From Candidatus Enterousia sp. (lineage in GTDB: Bacteria; Pseudomonadota; Alphaproteobacteria; Rs-D84): 64,000 bases of DNA. Made by a program: the position numbers and the translations under genes. The notes below the pieces were generated by a model. It was given only the letters and a program-made list of their open reading frames with translations, was not told the origin of the DNA and searched no databases. The DNA is taken from NCBI GenBank assembly GCA_045651525.1, contig JAZRSO010000032.1:4523-68522 (forward strand), in the 5' to 3' direction. Shown here in pieces: positions 18,860 through 28,943 of the stretch (its first letter is position 1; each line of letters begins with the position of its first letter).

Positions 18860-19942
18860 ATGGCAAAAAAAGAAGCTAGCAAAGATGTGGCAACGCCTGC
18901 AAAAAATCCGGCGTTGGAATCTGCATTGGCACAAATTCAAAAGCAATTTGGTAAAGAAGCAATTATGAAAATGGGCGATGGTTCCCAACAAAATATAGAG
19001 GCAATATCAAGTGGTTCATTGGGATTAGATATTGCACTTGGGGTTGGTGGATATCCAAAGGGTAGAATTGTTGAAATTTATGGGCCGGAAAGTTCTGGTA
19101 AAACGACATTGGCATTGCATGCGGTTGCAGAATCGCAGAAAAAAGGCGGCACATGTGCATATATTGATGCGGAAAATGCGCTAGATCCAAGTTATGCAAA
19201 AAAATTAGGCGTTGATGTTTCTAATTTAATTATTTCACAACCTGATTCTGGTGAACAGGCGTTGGAAATCGCAGATACTTTGATTAAATCTGGTGCGGTT
19301 GATGTTGTTGTTATTGATTCTGTTGCTGCATTGGTGCCCAAGGCAGAACTGGAAGGTAATATCGGCGATTCATTTGTTGGTACAACAGCGCGCTTGATGT
19401 CACAGTCTTTAAAGAAATTGGCGGGTTCTGTATCACGCAGTAATACATTGCTGATATTTATCAATCAAATTCGTATGAAGATTGGTGTTATGTTTGGAAA
19501 TCCAGAAACAACATCTGGTGGTAATGCGTTAAAGTTCTATGCGTCTGTACGTCTTGATATTCGCCGTACAGGACAAATCAAAGACAAAGAAAATATTGTC
19601 GGTAATGAAACAAGGGTCAAGGTTGTAAAGAATAAAGTTGCGCCACCATTCCGTACTGTTGACTTCAAGATTATGTATGGCGAAGGAATTTCCAGAATCA
19701 GCGAAATCTTGGATATGGGTGTGAAATACGACCTGATTGAAAAGGCTGGTAGCTTCTATTCTTATAACAGCGAACGTATGGGGCAGGGCGAAGCTAATGC
19801 TCGTCAATGGTTAAAAGACCATCCAGATGTTCAAGAGGCGTTGTTGGAAAAAATTATGGCGCGTGCATCTGGTATCGCCGAAGAAATGACAACAGGGCCG
19901 ATTGATGACGATGAAGATACAATCGGATTGTCAGAAGAATAA
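18860..19942 (+). CDS. recA: Recombinase RecA
   Basis: Walker [13 protein letters not shown]; highly conserved RecA sequence throughout. Confidence 0.97.
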   Translation: MAKKEASKDVATPAKNPALESALAQIQKQFGKEAIMKMGDGSQQNIEAISSGSLGLDIALGVGGYPKGRIVEIYGPESSGKTTLALHAVAESQKKGGTCAYIDAENALDPSYAKKLGVDVSNLIISQPDSGEQALEIADTLIKSGAVDVVVIDSVAALVPKAELEGNIGDSFVGTTARLMSQSLKKLAGSVSRSNTLLIFINQIRMKIGVMFGNPETTSGGNALKFYASVRLDIRRTGQIKDKENIVGNETRVKVVKNKVAPPFRTVDFKIMYGEGISRISEILDMGVKYDLIEKAGSFYSYNSERMGQGEANARQWLKDHPDVQEALLEKIMARASGIAEEMTTGPIDDDEDTIGLSEE

Positions 19943-19949
19943 ATTTGTT

Positions 19950-19980
19950 CCCCAGTCGTCTGGCTGGGGTTGTTTGTTTT
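19950..19980 (+). terminator. recA rho-independent terminator
   Basis: CCCCAG-TCGTCTGG-CTGGGG hairpin followed by TTGTTTGTTTT. Confidence 0.65.
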
Positions 19981-20000
19981 ATAACCAAGGGGGTGTGATT

Positions 20001-20897
20001 ATGAATATAAAACGTATGTGGGCAATGACACAAATTGTTGTGCAAGGGCATATTTTAAACTGGTTTTGGCGACCACGTGTTAAACGCCGCGAAGTTCGCA
20101 GTAATGTTATATCACGCGTGATTCCAAAATATTTTGAACGTTATTTGCCGGCTGCTGCCGCAATCCCAGAACGCAAGGTTGAAAACAACGACAAAAACGA
20201 CAAGATTTTTACATTATGGTTACAGGGCGAAGATAATGCACCACCATTGGTTCAAGCATGTTTTCGCAGTGTCAGAAAACATTGTAAGCAAGAATTGATT
20301 GTCTTGGACGAAAAGACGGTATTTGATTATATTTCTTTGCCGGAAAAAATTATGGAAAAGCGTCGTGCTGGTAAAATCTCGCACGCACATTTTGCTGATA
20401 TTTGTCGTGTTGAATTGTTGTATAACCATGGTGGGTATTGGTTGGATTCAACGGGATTTGTAACATCGCCAATTCCAGATTGGATTGCAGACGAGGACTT
20501 TTTCGTTTATATGGCGGGGCAAACCGTTGGCAGTCCGTATAGCTATATGCAAAATTGCTTTATCCGTTCACGCAAGGGTGCGTACTTGCTGGACGCATGG
20601 CGCGCAATGATGCTGGATTATTGGATGAATGAAAATGGTCCTTTTGACTACTTTATGCATCAGTTGTTATTTAAAACAATGGTACATAATGACCCACGTG
20701 CAATAAAATACTTTGCAAAAATGCCACATGTTGACCAAGATCCAACACACGCATTATGGTGGGATTATCATGATAAACCATTTGATAAAAAGACTTTTGA
20801 TAAGGTTACCAGCGGTTCTTTCTTTCAAAAGACAACATATCGTCAGGCAAAAAATCCAAAACCTGGGTCTGTTGCCGCAGAAATGTTGAAAATGTAA
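20001..20897 (+). CDS. Capsular polysaccharide synthesis protein / DXD-type glycosyltransferase (Caps_synth-like)
   Basis: IFTLWLQGEDNAPPLVQACFRSVRKHC and FADICRVELLYNHGGYWLDS patterns; AAGGGGG SD before ATG 20001. Confidence 0.6.
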   Translation: MNIKRMWAMTQIVVQGHILNWFWRPRVKRREVRSNVISRVIPKYFERYLPAAAAIPERKVENNDKNDKIFTLWLQGEDNAPPLVQACFRSVRKHCKQELIVLDEKTVFDYISLPEKIMEKRRAGKISHAHFADICRVELLYNHGGYWLDSTGFVTSPIPDWIADEDFFVYMAGQTVGSPYSYMQNCFIRSRKGAYLLDAWRAMMLDYWMNENGPFDYFMHQLLFKTMVHNDPRAIKYFAKMPHVDQDPTHALWWDYHDKPFDKKTFDKVTSGSFFQKTTYRQAKNPKPGSVAAEMLKM

Positions 20898-20910
20898 CAA
20901 GGAAATTTAC

Positions 20911-21684
20911 ATGGCGACTGTATCTGTGATTATTCCTGTGTACAAGGGCGAAAAATATCTGAACAGATGTTTGGATTCTTTGTTGGCACAGACATTTGAA
21001 AACTGGAATGCAATCTGCATTGATGACGGCAGTCCTGATAATTCTGGGGCGATTCTTGATTCTTATGCAGACAAAGATGACAGGTTTATTGTCGTGCATA
21101 AAAAAAATGCAGGTGTGTCTGCGGCACGTAATGACGGTATTAAAAAGGCCGATGGGGAATATATTTTCTTTATGGATGCGGATGACTGGATTGATGTTGA
21201 TTACCTGCAACATATGGTCGCCACAGCAGGGGACGCAAATGCGGATATGGTTGTGTCTGGCTTTGTCAGTGACAATAAGTATACCAAGCCAATAAAGTAC
21301 AAAAAAAAACGGGTTTTAAATAGTGTTTCACAAAAAGTTTCAGGTTCTTATGCGTTGACTGATTCTTATGTTTGGCGGTATTTGTTTTCAGTGAAATTTA
21401 TCAAAAAACATAAAATGAAATTTGATACAAAACTGATTGCCCAAGAAGATACAATCTTTGTTTTAAATGCAATTGCGTTGGCAAATAAAATTGTAACTGT
21501 GCCTTATGTTTATTATCACTATATGTTTAATCAAGATTCTGCATTAAATAATCGTGATGCGGCACATCATGCACGGGTAAAACAGCAATATAAAATCGGA
21601 AAACAATATCGTCGTGATTTTGCAAAAAAGCATAAAATTATGCGTTTGTGGAAATTGCGTAAATTGATAAATCTGTTTAGATAA
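20911..21684 (+). CDS. Glycosyltransferase family 2
   Basis: VSVIIPVYKGEKYLNRCLDSLLAQT, DDGSPDNS, FMDADD. Confidence 0.85.
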   Translation: MATVSVIIPVYKGEKYLNRCLDSLLAQTFENWNAICIDDGSPDNSGAILDSYADKDDRFIVVHKKNAGVSAARNDGIKKADGEYIFFMDADDWIDVDYLQHMVATAGDANADMVVSGFVSDNKYTKPIKYKKKRVLNSVSQKVSGSYALTDSYVWRYLFSVKFIKKHKMKFDTKLIAQEDTIFVLNAIALANKIVTVPYVYYHYMFNQDSALNNRDAAHHARVKQQYKIGKQYRRDFAKKHKIMRLWKLRKLINLFR

Positions 21685-21697
21685 TCTGGGGGTAAAT

Positions 21698-22723
21698 ATG
21701 CCAAAAATATCAGTAATTATTCCAATGTATGGGGTTGAAAAATATATACGCAGATGTCTGGACAGTATGTTAAATCAGACTTTTACAGACTGGCAGGCGA
21801 TTTGTGTTGATGATGGCAGTCCTGATAAATCTGGTGACATTGCAGAAGAGTTTGCAAAAAAAGACAAGCGTTTTACGGTTATTCACAAACAAAATGGCGG
21901 GCTGTCAGATGCCAGAAATGCGGGTTTTGAATATGCCAAGGGCGATTATATTCTGTATATAGACAGTGATGATTTTATTCATCCCCAGACATTAGAATTG
22001 GCGTATAATTGTGCTTTGCGTGATGGTTCTGATATTGTGTCTTTTCGGTATGACAGATTTTATCGTCCGCAATTGATGGTGCGTCACAAGTTAGGGCTGG
22101 ATACAGATAATGTTGTGCCGCGCAGTATAACGAAAAAATACAATCTTGAAAAAGTTAAAACGCGTGTAACAGATGATATTTTTGAATACGCCACAGAACG
22201 CACGCATAATAAATTTAATCCAAATCGTCGGTGGTTGATTAAACACTGTCAGGTATGGAAAAATTTATACAAGCGTGATTTGATTGCAGATATTCCATAT
22301 ATCAAAGGAATTATTTTTGAAGATTTCCCGTGGTGGAGCAGGGTTATGCTAAAAAATCCGCGCACGACAATTTTGCCGTTGCCATTGTATTATTATATAC
22401 CAAACTTTGGCGGGATTGTTTTGGCGGCCAAGCAATTGCGTATTATAAAAAGTCTATGTACCGGTATTGCAGATGCTTTTTGTGCGTATAAAGAATCTGG
22501 AACCGAATATCAGATGAAAAAATGGCAAGAAAATTTCTTGTGGTTTTTTGTGGACAAGGCGTTCTATAAAACAAAATATTTGTCTGATAAAAAAGATATT
22601 GATGAGGTAAAAGTGTGTTTTGAAAATCTAAAAAATATCGGCTTGTTTGACTGTTACCCGAATGAGTGGTATGATTTGGTATGTAATATTCAAACATTCT
22701 TGGGCAAAGGTGATGATAAATGA
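21698..22723 (+). CDS. Glycosyltransferase family 2
   Basis: ISVIIPMYGVEKYIRRCLDSMLNQT, DDGSPDKS, YIDSDD. Confidence 0.85.
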   Translation: MPKISVIIPMYGVEKYIRRCLDSMLNQTFTDWQAICVDDGSPDKSGDIAEEFAKKDKRFTVIHKQNGGLSDARNAGFEYAKGDYILYIDSDDFIHPQTLELAYNCALRDGSDIVSFRYDRFYRPQLMVRHKLGLDTDNVVPRSITKKYNLEKVKTRVTDDIFEYATERTHNKFNPNRRWLIKHCQVWKNLYKRDLIADIPYIKGIIFEDFPWWSRVMLKNPRTTILPLPLYYYIPNFGGIVLAAKQLRIIKSLCTGIADAFCAYKESGTEYQMKKWQENFLWFFVDKAFYKTKYLSDKKDIDEVKVCFENLKNIGLFDCYPNEWYDLVCNIQTFLGKGDDK

Positions 22724-23613
22724 AAAAAAGATTATTCTTGTTTGCGGCATATAACAAAGGCGCAGAAATCAGTCAAACACTGATAGATTATTTAAACTTT
22801 TTATCACCATTGGGTGATATTGTTTTGTGCTTTGATTGTGATGTATCAAAATCAGAATTGAAAAAGTTAAATTCAATCAAGAATATTTTACATATTTCAT
22901 CTGTTCGTCATGGCGAATATGACTTTGGTTCTTATAAAAGGGCGTTTTCGTGGGCGCAGAAGAATAAACTGTTGTCAAAATACGATTGGACATATTTGGT
23001 AAATGATTCTGTGTATTGTTTGGCATCGCCAGAATATCTGTTACATGATTTAGAATCAAGAAATGTCGGATTGACAGGAATTGCGTCTTATTCTGATTTT
23101 CAGACACCAGAACACGTTCAATCTTGGTTTGTGGGATTAAGCAAAAAGGTTGTAAACGAAAAATTTATGACCGATTTTATGTCTGGTATAAAAACACAAG
23201 GTTCAAAAAACGATATTTTCTTGAATTACGAAGTGGGGCTTAGCTCTACAATAATAAGACATGGGTTTAAGACGTCTGTTTTTATCGCAGAACCAATGAC
23301 GTCTTGTGTTCAGGTTTATCAAAGACCATTAATAATGTTAAATAAATTTGTTCCTTTTGTAAAAAAGAAAGCAATCGCAAGTTTTGGTAATTTAGATAGG
23401 TTAAATTTATATGCAGATAGTAAAAATATTGTTGAAAATGTAAAATCAGATGTTTTGAAAATGGGTATCACGCCAGTTTCACAAAAGTATATCGTAGAAT
23501 ATAAATTGGCGGTGTTCGGAATTCCTGTGTATAAAAAATTGGCAACACCTGATAACATCTGCCACAAAGGCGTTTTGTTCGGTGTGCCAATTTACAAATC
23601 AATATCAAATTAA
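22720..23613 (+). CDS. Rhamnan-synthesis-F (RgpF)-like polysaccharide biosynthesis protein
   Basis: KRLFLFAAY..., HGEYDFGSYKRAF, YLVNDSVY; paralogue of 25515..26360. Confidence 0.55.
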   Translation: MKKRLFLFAAYNKGAEISQTLIDYLNFLSPLGDIVLCFDCDVSKSELKKLNSIKNILHISSVRHGEYDFGSYKRAFSWAQKNKLLSKYDWTYLVNDSVYCLASPEYLLHDLESRNVGLTGIASYSDFQTPEHVQSWFVGLSKKVVNEKFMTDFMSGIKTQGSKNDIFLNYEVGLSSTIIRHGFKTSVFIAEPMTSCVQVYQRPLIMLNKFVPFVKKKAIASFGNLDRLNLYADSKNIVENVKSDVLKMGITPVSQKYIVEYKLAVFGIPVYKKLATPDNICHKGVLFGVPIYKSISN

Positions 23614-24644
23614 ATATTTAATATTTTAGCCAGGTTTTTCAAAGATTCCGATTTGATTCCTGTGGCTGTCTTTTTCATTTCAAATATATGATTGTCATAA
23701 TCTGAATTTGACATCAATATTGCTTGTTCCATACCGGCGACCAGGTTTTTATATGGTACGGAATTTTTGGTGTCAAAACGATAAAACTTTGCAAATTGTT
23801 TGTGGATAACCGGTATTTTTGTAAATCCATAAATTAATTGCGCAGAACCAGTAACCTGGGTTTTTATGTAACGTTCGTGATCTGGATTGTTTTCGTCCAG
23901 TAATGGTAAAAAGAAGTGTGCGTGTTCAACAGCGTCATACATTTTATCGTAATTCAAATGCCCTAATATTTTTAAATGTTGCTTTATTTTATTGTTCAAG
24001 TTTTTTATAGAACCACTGCCCACAACCAGTATTTGAAAATTGTAATTTTTATCATGTAATTCTTCGATTGCATTTAACAGCATTGTGTGATTTTTTCTGC
24101 GTGGATTTATGCCACCAACAGATACGAATATTGTTGGTTCTGATTTAGATGGAATTGTGTATTCGCCAAATAAATGTGGATTCAGATAAACGGTATCTGG
24201 AAATTGGCCTAACATAATGTTGTGTGATTTATCTGTGTTTTGAAAGTATTTTTCAATATACGCCATGTTATGGTGTACATAAAATACAGATTTATGTTGT
24301 TGTAAATCAGGATACAGTTCTGTTACAGGCTTTTCGCCGAATGTATAGTTTACGGAACTCATAACAAATATATGGTCGTAACGATTCAAGTATTCTGATT
24401 TTAAAATCTTTGCAAAGTTTTTAAATTTGGAATAAAACAGATTTTTTATATTTAATCTGCAAAATGGATTTTCTTTTTTTATAACATTGCTGGCCAGAAC
24501 ATATACATTAAAATTTAATTGTTCAAAGTATTTGATGTATGCAGAAATAACCTCGCCATGGCAACCATTTGTTTCAATTAATAATACATTGTTTTGCGTT
24601 GGAATGTGGTTGGTAAATGTGTTTCTGTTAAAAAATTTAAACAT
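23610..24644 (-). CDS. Putative GT-B-fold glycosyltransferase
   Basis: 344 aa. C-terminal half IFVSVGGINPRRKNHTMLLNAIEEL...QILVVGSGS resembles GT1/GT4 C-domains; weak. Confidence 0.4.
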   Translation of the reverse strand: MFKFFNRNTFTNHIPTQNNVLLIETNGCHGEVISAYIKYFEQLNFNVYVLASNVIKKENPFCRLNIKNLFYSKFKNFAKILKSEYLNRYDHIFVMSSVNYTFGEKPVTELYPDLQQHKSVFYVHHNMAYIEKYFQNTDKSHNIMLGQFPDTVYLNPHLFGEYTIPSKSEPTIFVSVGGINPRRKNHTMLLNAIEELHDKNYNFQILVVGSGSIKNLNNKIKQHLKILGHLNYDKMYDAVEHAHFFLPLLDENNPDHERYIKTQVTGSAQLIYGFTKIPVIHKQFAKFYRFDTKNSVPYKNLVAGMEQAILMSNSDYDNHIFEMKKTATGIKSESLKNLAKILNI

Positions 24645-24666
24645 AATTTGTTCCTTTTTTATATTA

Positions 24667-25518
24667 TCAAACGCCAGATTTTTTAAAGCGTTCTGGAATT
24701 CTTACAACAATTTTTAGCCCCAGCATATTGGGTTTGTTTATCGCGTATGGTGCACGAATATAGGTCTGAATTGCGCGTGCGATTTTTATCCATCTTTCAC
24801 CACGGGCAGGGCGATTTGTTACATTGTTTATTGTGCCGTTGCCACGACGACGTAAATGATTTACCCAGTCTGTGCCACGGGCAGTGGCCTTGGTCACCAG
24901 CATATCCATATCAACTGCACCAAAGTGCAATAAATATAAGTTCTTGTCTATATGGAAGTTGTGATTTTTTATTCTGTGAAAGCCAGAACCCCAACGTACA
25001 GGTTTGTTTATAACAACTGGTTTGGTGTATCGGGTGGATAACAGGGCGTGGTGACGCTGGGATAGAAATGGTTTGGATGTATCAAGTGTTTTTTCGTGTG
25101 TCATATGTTGGCCAACGTCAAGACCCAATCCAGATAGTGTTGTTTTGATTTTTTTTGATGATAAATATTCGTGTAAATTTGTATTTAGTTTTGGGTCGAC
25201 AATTAGAAATTCATCACAATCACAGCCAATTACAATATCGTATTCTTTTAATAGTTTATTTGCCAAGTCTGATATTAAATTGATTCTGTATTTGTCGCCT
25301 GACGAACGTGACATATCTGTATGTGGCAGTTTTGTTATATGTGCATTTTGTGCGTTTTCTGGTATATGTTGGTCTGTGCCGTCCAGATATATATACAGAT
25401 TTTCTGTGCCAAACAGGTCGCCATAATATTTAATCCAGCGTGACAGGAAAAAATCATCATTGCGTGCCATTGTGATAACAGCAATTCGTTTAAGATTTTT
25501 TTTGATGTGTTTTGTCAT
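24667..25518 (-). CDS. Glycosyltransferase (GT2/GT92-like)
   Basis: IAVITMARNDDFFLSRWIKYYGDLFG...LYIYLDGTD and GCDCDEFL (DxD-like). Confidence 0.5.
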   Translation of the reverse strand: MTKHIKKNLKRIAVITMARNDDFFLSRWIKYYGDLFGTENLYIYLDGTDQHIPENAQNAHITKLPHTDMSRSSGDKYRINLISDLANKLLKEYDIVIGCDCDEFLIVDPKLNTNLHEYLSSKKIKTTLSGLGLDVGQHMTHEKTLDTSKPFLSQRHHALLSTRYTKPVVINKPVRWGSGFHRIKNHNFHIDKNLYLLHFGAVDMDMLVTKATARGTDWVNHLRRRGNGTINNVTNRPARGERWIKIARAIQTYIRAPYAINKPNMLGLKIVVRIPERFKKSGV

Positions 25519-26360
25519 ATTCCCTCTATAAACAGTTTATATAACGCGTGTTTTATCTTTCTGTATGTGACAGTAATTGGGTTGCGTGTTAAAAACCAAT
25601 CTATGTGTGTGTCCCCATATTGACATTTTGCAGATGACAGAATTTTTTCTGACAGTGTCGGGTCTGTATGTTTTAATACATATAAAACCTGACGACCCAG
25701 ACCGCCATGATTGCGCGTAAATGCGACTTTCTTCATAAAAGGCATACCGGATTTATATAACTTTTTAATTTTGTTATATACACCGCGATTATGTACAGAA
25801 TACAAACAAGACCATGTGTGTCCGTTATCTGTGACCAATTTGGAAAATCCGTTTTCGTATTTACTGGTTATCTGACCCTTGTCAGGCAGTTTTGTGATTT
25901 GTTTCATAAATTCATCAAACCATACAGATAGAAATATGTTCTTGTTCGTGCCGATAAACCAAGACTGAATATGTGGTTTTATTTTATGTCGCTTTGATAC
26001 AATGCCAAACGCGTCGTGTCCCATATTTTCCATGGCGTTGAAATATTTGGTCATATCATAAAATGGACCATATACAGAATCATTTACCAAATACACAAAG
26101 TCATAATCAGAAATGTTAAGGTTTTCCAATGCCCATAAATATGCGCGCTTGTACGAACCAAAGTCGTATTCGCCATGACGAATAGCCATAGTGTGTTTTG
26201 TAAACTTTTCAATTTTTGATAATTCAGCAGCAGGGCAGTCAGAATCCATACACAATACAACATCACCAAACTTTGAAAGTGATTGTACATAATACACCAA
26301 TGCATCATCAACGATGTTTTTTGGGTGGTAACCTGCAAATAAAAATAGACGCTTTGTCAT
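25515..26360 (-). CDS. Rhamnan-synthesis-F (RgpF)-like polysaccharide biosynthesis protein
   Basis: KRLFLFAGY..., HGEYDFGSYKRAY, YLVNDSVYGP; paralogue of 22720..23613 on the opposite strand. Confidence 0.55.
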   Translation of the reverse strand: MTKRLFLFAGYHPKNIVDDALVYYVQSLSKFGDVVLCMDSDCPAAELSKIEKFTKHTMAIRHGEYDFGSYKRAYLWALENLNISDYDFVYLVNDSVYGPFYDMTKYFNAMENMGHDAFGIVSKRHKIKPHIQSWFIGTNKNIFLSVWFDEFMKQITKLPDKGQITSKYENGFSKLVTDNGHTWSCLYSVHNRGVYNKIKKLYKSGMPFMKKVAFTRNHGGLGRQVLYVLKHTDPTLSEKILSSAKCQYGDTHIDWFLTRNPITVTYRKIKHALYKLFIEGI

Positions 26361-26383
26361 GCAGGTATTGTTGCATATTTAAA

Positions 26384-26428
26384 TAAAAAAAGCCATGTTT
26401 TTTTATGTTCATGGCTTTTTTGTTTTTT
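26384..26428 (-). terminator. typA rho-independent terminator
   Basis: AGCCATG ... CATGGCT hairpin flanked by A-run and T-run immediately 3' of the typA stop. Confidence 0.7.
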
Positions 26429-28259
26429 ATTCTTCGGTATGCTTTTTTAGTTTTTTACGCGTATTGCTGTCCAGTTCTTTCTTGCGCAGGCGAATTGTGT
26501 CCGGGGTAATTTCAACCAATTCGTCGTCCAAGATATATGACAGGGCTTCTTCCAAAGATATACGGCGTGGTGGTGCCAAGAACAATTTTTCGTCTGCTGT
26601 AACAGAACGCATATTGGTCAGTTCTTTACCCTTGATTGGGTTGACTTCTAAATCGTTTTCTTTGCTGTGTTCGCCGATAATCATACCTGAATATACTTCG
26701 GTTTGTGGGTCTATAAACAATGTGCCACGTGGTTGCAGGTTAAACAGGGCGTATGTTGCCGCGCTGCCTTTTTCCATAGAAACCAGTACACCTGGGCGAT
26801 ATTGTTGAATTGCACCACGATATGTATCGTACTTATCAAATACACGGTTCATAATACCAGTGCCACGTGTGTCTGTGCGGAATTCTGATAAATAACCAAT
26901 CAAACCGCGTGATGGTGCAGAAAATACAATACGTGTTTTGCCGCCACCAGATGCTTTCATTTCTGTAATTGTTGCCTTGCGTTTTGTCATTTTTTCAATA
27001 ACAACACCGCTGAATTCGTCGTCAACGTCAATTACAACATCTTCGATTGGTTCCAGTTTTTCGCCATTTTCATTTTCAATCATAACAACACGTGGACGTG
27101 ATACAGACAGTTCAAAACCTTCGCGACGCATTGTTTCAATCAAAATTCCCAGTTGTAATTCGCCACGGCCAGAAACCTCAAACGCTTCGTTGTTTTCGCT
27201 TTGTTCAACTTTTAATGCGATGTTTGTTTCTGCTTCTTTGAACAGTCTTTCACCAATCATACGTGATGTCAGTTTTTTACCAGACTTACCCGCCAATGGT
27301 GATGTGTTTACAAAGAATGTCATCGTCAATGTTGGTGGATCAATTGGCATCGCAGGAATTGGTTCGTTGACACTTGGGTCACATAATGTGTCTGCCACAG
27401 TTGCCTTGGAAAAACCAGCCACAACAACAATGTCGCCAGCAGATGCTGTGTCACGAGAAATCTTTTCAACACCACGATGTTCAATGATTTTTGTGATTTT
27501 TGCGTTTTCAATAAATTCGCCATTGCGGTTGATTGCCTTGACAGATTGACCAACACGAACAGTGCCTGATTCAATTTTGCCGGTCAGTATTCGTCCGACG
27601 TATGGGTCTGCTTCCAATGTTGTGGCCAGCATTGTAAATGGTGCGTCCAGTTGGCAACGTTCGCCATTACAATCTGGGGCAGGTACATGGTCAACAATCA
27701 ATTGGAACAGGGGGGTTAAATCTTTTCTTTCGTCGTTCAAATCGCGTACAGCCCAACCATCACGGCCAACAGAATATAAATATGGGAAATCAAGTTGTGA
27801 ATCTGTTGCGCCCAGTTTATCAAACAGGTCAAATGTTTCTGATAAAACTTCGTCTGGTCGTGCGTCAGAACGGTCAACTTTGTTGATGCATACAATTGGA
27901 CGCAGCCCCAGTTTTAATGCCTTGGATAATACGAATTTCGTTTGGGGCAGGGGACCTTCGGCACTGTCAACCAACAATACCACGCCATCAACCATTGACA
28001 GAATACGTTCAACTTCGCCGCCAAAGTCTGCGTGCCCAGGTGTGTCAACGATATTGATTTTGTATTCGCCCCACTGAATTGATGTAGGTTTTGCAGAAAT
28101 TGTAATTCCGCGTTCGCGTTCAATGTCGCCACTGTCCATAACGCGGTCTTCGACCTTTTCGTTGGCACGGAATGTTCCGGCTTGCTTTAACATATTGTCA
28201 ACCAGTGTAGTCTTGCCATGGTCAACGTGTGCAATAATTGCAATATTGCGTATTTTCAT
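26427..28259 (-). CDS. typA: Translational GTPase TypA/BipA
   Basis: IRNIAIIAHVDHGKTTLVD, DTPGHADFGGEV, NKVD. ATG 28259 preferred over the 28304 ORF start. Confidence 0.93.
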   Translation of the reverse strand: MKIRNIAIIAHVDHGKTTLVDNMLKQAGTFRANEKVEDRVMDSGDIERERGITISAKPTSIQWGEYKINIVDTPGHADFGGEVERILSMVDGVVLLVDSAEGPLPQTKFVLSKALKLGLRPIVCINKVDRSDARPDEVLSETFDLFDKLGATDSQLDFPYLYSVGRDGWAVRDLNDERKDLTPLFQLIVDHVPAPDCNGERCQLDAPFTMLATTLEADPYVGRILTGKIESGTVRVGQSVKAINRNGEFIENAKITKIIEHRGVEKISRDTASAGDIVVVAGFSKATVADTLCDPSVNEPIPAMPIDPPTLTMTFFVNTSPLAGKSGKKLTSRMIGERLFKEAETNIALKVEQSENNEAFEVSGRGELQLGILIETMRREGFELSVSRPRVVMIENENGEKLEPIEDVVIDVDDEFSGVVIEKMTKRKATITEMKASGGGKTRIVFSAPSRGLIGYLSEFRTDTRGTGIMNRVFDKYDTYRGAIQQYRPGVLVSMEKGSAATYALFNLQPRGTLFIDPQTEVYSGMIIGEHSKENDLEVNPIKGKELTNMRSVTADEKLFLAPPRRISLEEALSYILDDELVEITPDTIRLRKKELDSNTRKKLKKHTEE

Positions 28260-28397
28260 AAGATTACCCCATATTTTTGTTTTGCCAGTACAGGGTATAC
28301 CCATTTTTTATAGATTTCAAGAAATATTAGATATGTGTTGACATTTTGTGTTTTAGGTCTATTATTTTTGTGTGAAATAATTAAAGGGTATTGATTT

Positions 28398-28916
28398 ATG
28401 TCTAAAAAATATAAAGAAGCAGATGTCCGCAATGCGATTAAACAGGGATTAAAAAACTATGCTGGGTTGGCGCGTGTTCGTATGAAACGTTGTTGGAAAA
28501 ATATGAATTTACAGCAGCGTTGTAATGCAGCTCGCAGCCTGGTATTTATGGAAAATGTTGCAAAAAATCCTGATGCTTATTTTTCACGTGAAACAACGGA
28601 AAAATCGTGGCATGAACGTGCAGAAGAATATGGACGTAAAAATCGTATGGCAGATTTTAGCGAGGGTTATGAAAGGGTTGAAAATCCAACACAGATTGTT
28701 ATGAAACGTGCAAATGCAGCACTTGTGGCAGGAAGCGGTAAAGAATATGAACGTTTTTGTATGGCTGTACAATGTTGGATGTATGATGGTCACAGTGATA
28801 CTTTTTCAAAAATTATTCTTGATGCTACCAAAAATTTGGAAGAGGATTTAGAATATGAATCTGCGAAATGTTTAATACGTCCGTTTATAGGCTTTACGCA
28901 ATCTTTTTGTAGATAA
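28398..28916 (+). CDS. Hypothetical protein (172 aa)
   Basis: Intact ORF followed by a strong terminator; no recognisable motif. Confidence 0.5.
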   Translation: MSKKYKEADVRNAIKQGLKNYAGLARVRMKRCWKNMNLQQRCNAARSLVFMENVAKNPDAYFSRETTEKSWHERAEEYGRKNRMADFSEGYERVENPTQIVMKRANAALVAGSGKEYERFCMAVQCWMYDGHSDTFSKIILDATKNLEEDLEYESAKCLIRPFIGFTQSFCR

Positions 28917-28943
28917 AAAAAACGCCCAAACGGGCGTTTTTTA
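28915..28943. terminator. Bidirectional terminator between 28398..28916 and serS
   Basis: A-run, ACGCCC-AAAC-GGGCGT hairpin, T-run. Confidence 0.75.

Noticed and set aside
26938-28077. Plus-strand ORFs of 203 and 171 aa inside typA
   Set aside because: They are antisense to a highly conserved GTPase gene and have Ser/Thr/Pro-rich shadow-ORF composition.
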